DNA of 64,000 nt from the human T2T-CHM13v2.0 reference genome, Homo sapiens: the NCBI RefSeq assembly GCF_009914755.1, contig NC_060947.1; one strand, written 5' to 3'. The notes beneath the pieces are model-generated. The model saw only the letters and a program-made list of their open reading frames with translations. It did no database searches and was not told the origin of the DNA. The translations under genes were made by a program, and so were the position numbers. Positions 57,571 to 64,000 of this stretch are shown here, piece by piece; position 1 is the stretch's first letter; every line of letters starts with the position of its first letter.

Positions 57571-57650
57571 AAGCCTCAGGATCCTTTTCACTCTGTTGTA
57601 ACACAGCTCCCATATTTTCATAGTCTATATTTTCCATAGTCTTCCTTCTG
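57571..57650 (-). pseudogene. Cadherin-repeat exon remnant (IDYE)
   Basis: TTTTAACAG acceptor and CTT|GTAAGA donor; TMENIDYENMGAVL resembles the LDYE motif. Caveat: it overlaps a short internal duplication. Confidence 0.45.
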
Positions 57651-58432
57651 CTGTTAAAACCATTCATTTAAGCAGTTACTGAACCCTTACAATGGGACAA
57701 ACGTCTGTTAAAACTAGGGCTATGAGGGAATGTATGATGAATGAGGAGTCACAGTCTTGAGAAAGTCTTGACTGTTGAGACTTGTCTTTAAAGCATCACA
57801 TTAGTTTTGGGACTAATATGTAACTAATATCATAATCTTTATAAAACAATATGTGCTGGTGTTTTGGGAACATATATGAGAGGGTAACCCATTCTCGCTG
57901 GATTCATGAGTGATAAAAGCTTTGTTACAGTGACTCAATTTAGCCATACAGGATCAATCATGTTCCTTGGTTTATTGGTGTCTGAATGATCAGTGTGTAC
58001 TTCCTACACTTTGTAATCTTCATATATTTAATCTACATTTGTTGCCTATGCACAGCTTATATATGAAGTAATAAAATGTAAGACATGGACTTTGCATAGT
58101 CTTTACACTTAGGCAACTTACAACCAGAAAAGATAGACTTAAATGCATCTTAACACAGCCTGTAAAAAACATATGAAACAAAGTAGGACTTGATGGAGAA
58201 GAGAAGGTAGGGTGGAGTTAAGGAAAAGTGTATAAATAAAAATATTCCCTGAAAAAGTGAAGACATAGAAATTCCCTGAATTAAAGAAATATAACTAGTA
58301 ATTTGTATCATAAATGTAAATATATTATTTAACAAAAATTTGAAATTGACATAGTTGAAAAAAAAATCCCTGCAGCACAACCATGTAGAGATATAAACAT
58401 TAATATTATGGTATTCAGTTGTTTTCACTATT

Positions 58433-58751
<319 letters not shown>

Positions 58752-60496
58752 TAGGGACACACAAACACAATTTTTCTCTTAGAAACACTGGGCTCATATT
58801 GTAGATACTATTTTGTAATCCAAAAATTACACTTGATAATATATTGTGAACACTTTTACTCCATGTAATCCCCTTCTAAAATGTGATTTTGTAGTAGTGT
58901 ATATTATGGAAGTAATTTATTAATATATTAAATTAATTCCCTATATTAGTCATTAAAGTTGTTTCCAGTGTTTTGCTATTATAAGTAACACCATAATGAA
59001 TACACTTTGCAATTAAATCTGAGTTTAAATGTTTGATTCTTTCAGATTCCTAGAACTTGAGTCATTAGGTCACACTTTAAGCTTTTGATACACACGGACC
59101 ACTTACCTTCCAGAAAACTATACCTGTATTAATCCCACAAATAATTCACCCTAGGCAAAAGTTATCACTTTTTAAAAATCCTTTCAGAGGCATAAATGAA
59201 ATATTATTTTGCAATTTGTTTTCCTTCATTTTATAGTTAGGTTTAATAATATGTGGTTATTTTCTACTTGTATTTTTTATCATTGCGAGTTGCTTATTCA
59301 TGTCCTGGAACAAATAACTAATTTATTATATAAGTAGTTCTTGTTTTATTTTTTCTTTCTTTTTTATTTAAAAAAAACTGTCTACATTAATGTTGTTAAA
59401 ATTGTTGTGAATATTTGTGTCTGTCTTTTCCTATTAAATTTGTTTGTGATGCTTTTATGATATAGAATGTAGAGTTATTTCGTTTCCTCCTCTTTCCCCC
59501 ACAAAAAATTGTTAATCAATTGTCTCAGAACAACTGATGGCCCCTTTCCTGAAAATTTTCACCAAAAATGTTACATGTTTCATGTACTAAACTGTTTTAT
59601 GTACTTGGATTTGTTGCTGAGCTTTTTATTTCATTTAACTGATTATTTTTGAATTTGTTTCAACTGGTAACTTGCTATGATTTTAAAATGTTATATTATT
59701 GGCGGTGTGAACTTCACCATTCGATAACACAAGTGTCCCTTTGCAAAATTATCATGGCCGTTTATTCTTTCATTCATTCTACAAACACCTACTCAGCTCT
59801 ACTATTTGCTATGCTCAGTTTCAGGCTCTTGGTGCCAACTTGTAATTTTTATAGCATTACAATAGTATTTGTTATTTTACTATAAAAATAATATATTTTC
59901 ACTGGAGACATTTTAGAAAATTCAAGTATATACAAATTAGAAAATAACAGTACCTACAATCAAATTACCCAGTCATAATGCTATGGACTATAAACTTAGA
60001 GTGATAACTATTCACAATAGATGGTAGATTTTTTGCAGTATGTACTTAATATATAGATGACTTTGATTCTAATTTTAAGTATATTATACAGATTTTCTAA
60101 TGTAATTAAACATTTTTGACAGTAGCATGTTAATGACTTGGTTGTTTTCCTTAGTATGGATACACCATAATGCATGTACACATATTAGATATTTTTAGAT
60201 TTTACTATTGTAAAGAATGCCATGATCAATATCCTTATGCATATGTCTTGCATCTGAGCATTCCTTTAACACATATTTGTGGAAACAGCTCATCTATTTG
60301 AAACTTTCAAAGAAAATTAAAAAGAGTTTTGTCAAGTTTCTAAATATCCCATTGACATTTTGGTAAACATTACATTTTAAATTCATAAGTTATTTTTGTC
60401 TAGTTAACATATTTGCACATTAAATTTTTCTGCTCTGATATATAATTATCCACTTATTTAATTACTCCTAATTTAAAATATTGTAATTTTCCTTTA

Positions 60497-60879
60497 AATG
60501 TTTTATTTTTATTTTTATTATTTTTTATTTCAATAAGCTTAGGGGTAAAAGTGGTTTTTGGTCACCTGGATGAATTGTATAGTGGTGAAGTCTTGGTTTT
60601 TAGTGCACCCATCACCTGGTGTACATTGTACCCAATGGGTGATTTTTTTATCCTTCACCCTGCTTCCACTCTCCTTGCTTCTGAACCTCCAATGTCCATT
60701 ACACCACTCTGTATGCCTGTGTGCACCCATGGCTTTGTTCCCACTTATAAGTGAGAATATGCTGTATTTGGTTTTCTGTGTCTGAGTTACTTCATTTAGG
60801 ATAATAGCCTCCAGTTCCATCCAAGGTGCTACAAAAGATATTATTTCATTATTTTTATGGCTGAGTAGTATTACATGGC

Positions 60880-60914
<35 letters not shown>

Positions 60915-61240
60915 TTTTCTTTATCTGTCATTGGTGGGCACTTAGTTTGATTCCATATCTTTGCAATTGTGAATTGTGTTGCAATAAACATACAAGTGCA
61001 GGTGTCTTTTTAATATAATGACTTATTTTCCTTTGGGCAGATAGACAGTAGTAGGACTACTAGATCGAACGGTAGATCTACTTTTGGTTCTTAAAGAAAT
61101 CTTCATATTGTCTTCCATAGAAGTTGTACTAACTTACATTCCCACCAACAGTGTACAGATGTTCCCTTTTCACCACATCTGCGCCAGCATCTATTGTCTG
61201 TTGACTTTTTAATGATGGCCATTTGACTGGGGTAAGATAG
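60497..61240 (-). mobile_element. L1MA1/2-like 3' fragment with an internal (TA)n(CA)n
   Basis: ORF2 end MELEAIILNEVTQ; 3' UTR GGATGAATTGTATAGTGGTGAAGTC. Confidence 0.85.
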
Positions 61241-62629
61241 ACTTTTTACTTCTTTTTAAAATATTTTGTGTTACTATTGAGAATGGCATCTGTGTTTGGC
61301 AATATTAGATGGTAAGCCATGATCCTACATTCAAACTGCCTTGTTTTTACTTCACTTCCACATTTTTCAACAGCTTATCCAACTAGGCCTTACATAACAA
61401 GTAATAGTCTCCAGATGGAATGGCAAAACAACTCTACCAGTGCACTACATCTGTAACTCAGCTCCTCTATCTCTGTTTCTCTGCCTGGATCTTCTTCCTC
61501 CTCCTCTCTCATTGCCTTCTCTGCCTGTCCACTCTTATTCAAAACAAAAACTGTCTTCTGGCTTGTACTAATTCCCCTTTTCCCTGTATGTGTCTCAGTT
61601 TCTGAGATATTCTAGGGATTATGCCCCTAGGTGTGTTCACATAAATAGAGAGGATCCGGTTAGTTCACAGAGTCATTAATAAAATAAGGGTCACCTCATT
61701 TGGGCAGGCCAGAAGTTTCTGGTTTACTTATGCATGACTGCTCTTGGGAGCCACCCTTGATCAAATTTTCTGTGGATAGGGAAATGAAGTCATGTAGCAT
61801 AAAGTCTAGCAAACTATGCGTTGGATACGTGCTAAGAAGGTGGCTGTGGATACAGTAGGCATACAGACTGTGATGTTTGTTAAGAATCTTGTTCTACTAT
61901 ATTTTAACTCATTATTGTTGTTTTATAGAAACAGTATTAATTTTTTATAATTAGTTTGTAACCAGCTGCTTTGTTGAGATTTATTGTTATTCTAATAGTT
62001 TTTAAAGTTTTTCCTATTAAGCTTCTATGTAGATATTTTCTTCAGTGACTTTTTCCCTCCACATTTCTAATATTGACAGCTCATTTCTTTATCTTGGTGT
62101 ATAAAATTGGATAGATGCTCCAGAAAAAAAAACCTGAAATATAGTAAAGATAGAGACCATTCTTGCCTTGCTCCTGAATGTAGTGGGATTGCCTCTATAC
62201 TCAGTATTTAATGGGTATCGGCTCCTGGGTTGAGACACATACATTTTATCTTACTATGGAAGTACCTTTCTATTCCTAATTTACAAATAATTATTATTAA
62301 AAATAGATGTTGAATTTAATAGCATGTTGTTTGGGCACCTAATAATTTGATCATTTGGGTTTTCTTTTTCTCCACTCACTAATTGGTATGATAAATCATA
62401 TTCTATTTCATATGGCTGTATGGTTTATTTTTGTTAATGTTTTCATAAGATGGACTTACTGATTCCTTTAATCTTTCTGACTTTGTTTTCCTTGTTATTC
62501 TGTAGGAAATACATAGTTTTATTTGTTTATCCAATGTATTTTTTCAATAAAGAAAAGTTTGATCTTATCTTTCTCTTCTTGTTTCATACATTATGACTTT
62601 CATGCTTCCAAACATTTAATTTTGCCAAG

Positions 62630-63062
62630 TGTAATAGATTTTCCAATTAACTGCTCCCCTCCTATAAGAGGATAGTAGATCCTTGCCCATTGCCACGTGA
62701 TCTTTAAAAATGCCCTGTGAGAAGTGTATGTGACACTTCTCCACTGATGTCAGATGTGGGTACATGACTTGATTTAGTAAATGTAATGCCAATGGACTGG
62801 TTATACCTTATAACTGAGTAGAAGCAGGGGGAAAAGAAAGGCCTTTGTGTATTTTAGTCTCCTCTTTTTCCCTCTGAAATGAGGAGTACCTGTTCCATAT
62901 AGGGGATGATCCCTTCAGAACTAATCCTGAAATGAAGACATGTGGGGCAGAGCCTCAGCCAAAATGTAACATGAGTGAAAGGTAAATATTTGTTGTTGTA
63001 AGACACTAAAAATTAAGGGTTGATTTTTTTCTACAGCATAGTCTATTGAAAGCTGAAAATAC
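62630..63062 (+). mobile_element. MLT1I/J-type MaLR LTR
   Basis: CATGACTTGATTT..AATG, GAAGACATGTGGGGCAGAGCC, TTTGTTGTTGTAAG. Confidence 0.6.
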
Positions 63063-63229
63063 CAAGAACCTGTCTTTTAAAAAATATGCATGGTTAGGTG
63101 GGTTTTTTCCAGAAGCCTTCTAATTTAGCTACAGAATTTAACTAAATATTCACTATATTAATTTCTGACCCATTCGCAAACCAATCTAATGGAGCAGAGG
63201 CATTTAGATAATGACTCAAGGCCTTTTTT

Positions 63230-63480
63230 ATGTTCTCACTCATAGGTGGGAATTGAACAATGAGAACACTTGGACACAGGAAGGGGAACATCACACACCG
63301 GGGCCTGTTGTGGGGTGGGGGGTGGGGGGAGGGATAGCATTAGGAGAAATACCTAATGTAAATGATGAGTTAATGGGTGCAGCACACCAACATAGCACAT
63401 GTATACATATGTAACAAACCTGCACGTTGTGCACATGTACCCTAAAACTTAAAGTATAATAAAAAAATTTAAAAAAAAAA
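63230..63480 (+). mobile_element. L1PA (PA4/5-like) 3' end
   Basis: ATGTTCTCACTCATAGGTGGGAATTGAACAATGAG...ACTTAAAGTATAATAAAA and A tail. Confidence 0.92.
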
Positions 63481-64000
63481 CGGAGAGTGATCCCAATTGC
63501 CTATCTTCTCTAACCTTGTCCCTGAGTAGAATATTTTCAACATCTGATGCTCTTTGAGATACAGATAGTATAAGACGGATGTGTAATACGTTAGTTATGC
63601 ATCTCAAGCCATGCTTTATTTGCTGCTGCCAATTTCTCAGTTGCTTGTATTTAATAAGAATGACATGGGTTTTTAAATTCTAAATCAAAGCATCAGTGAA
63701 AAATATATGAGCTGACCTACAGTACTACAAAGAATTTTACGATCAGAAGGAGGAGAGTTTTTGTCTTATTACCTCATTTTTTCATAAAGTGTGCTGTGAT
63801 GAATGGGATCACAATCATCATTGACCCTATTCTAGCTTACATAGGGAATCAAAGTTTATACATAGAATAAAGTCATTTTGTATAGGGTGTCACTAATCAA
63901 TAAGTTTCCTTTGATTCCAGTTCACATATTGCAGTACATTCTAAATCAAAACATAATAATCTAAATCAAAACATCAGAACATTCATAATCAAAACTTAAT

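Overview
Primate (human-like) AT-rich, repeat-dense genomic DNA with no intact protein-coding gene, rRNA, tRNA or CRISPR array. The window opens inside a deleted-type HERV-H provirus (pro/pol/env remnants, 3' LTR7 at 3081-3492). It then carries a typical mammalian repeat landscape: Alus, L1/L2/MIR, MaLR and ERV solo LTRs, a near full-length Tigger1 and hAT MITEs. The main hidden signal is on the minus strand: a chain of AG/GT-bounded, partly phase-compatible exon remnants (about 27.3-30.1 kb and 51.1-63.9 kb). In order they translate into degenerate cadherin repeats, one transmembrane helix with a basic stop-transfer cluster, and a CDHR3/CDHR4-like cytoplasmic D-x-x-T-G-x11-R-K...K-W-K motif. 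This suggests a decayed, intron-containing cadherin-related gene; a CDHR18P/CDHR17P-type locus is a candidate identity that I have not verified. Other oddities: a 46-bp-arm hairpin, an L1 3' transduction, a twin-primed L1, an Alu with a G-rich rather than A-rich tail, and a 33-bp dispersed repeat. Repeat subfamily names come from recalled consensus sequences, not from a database run.
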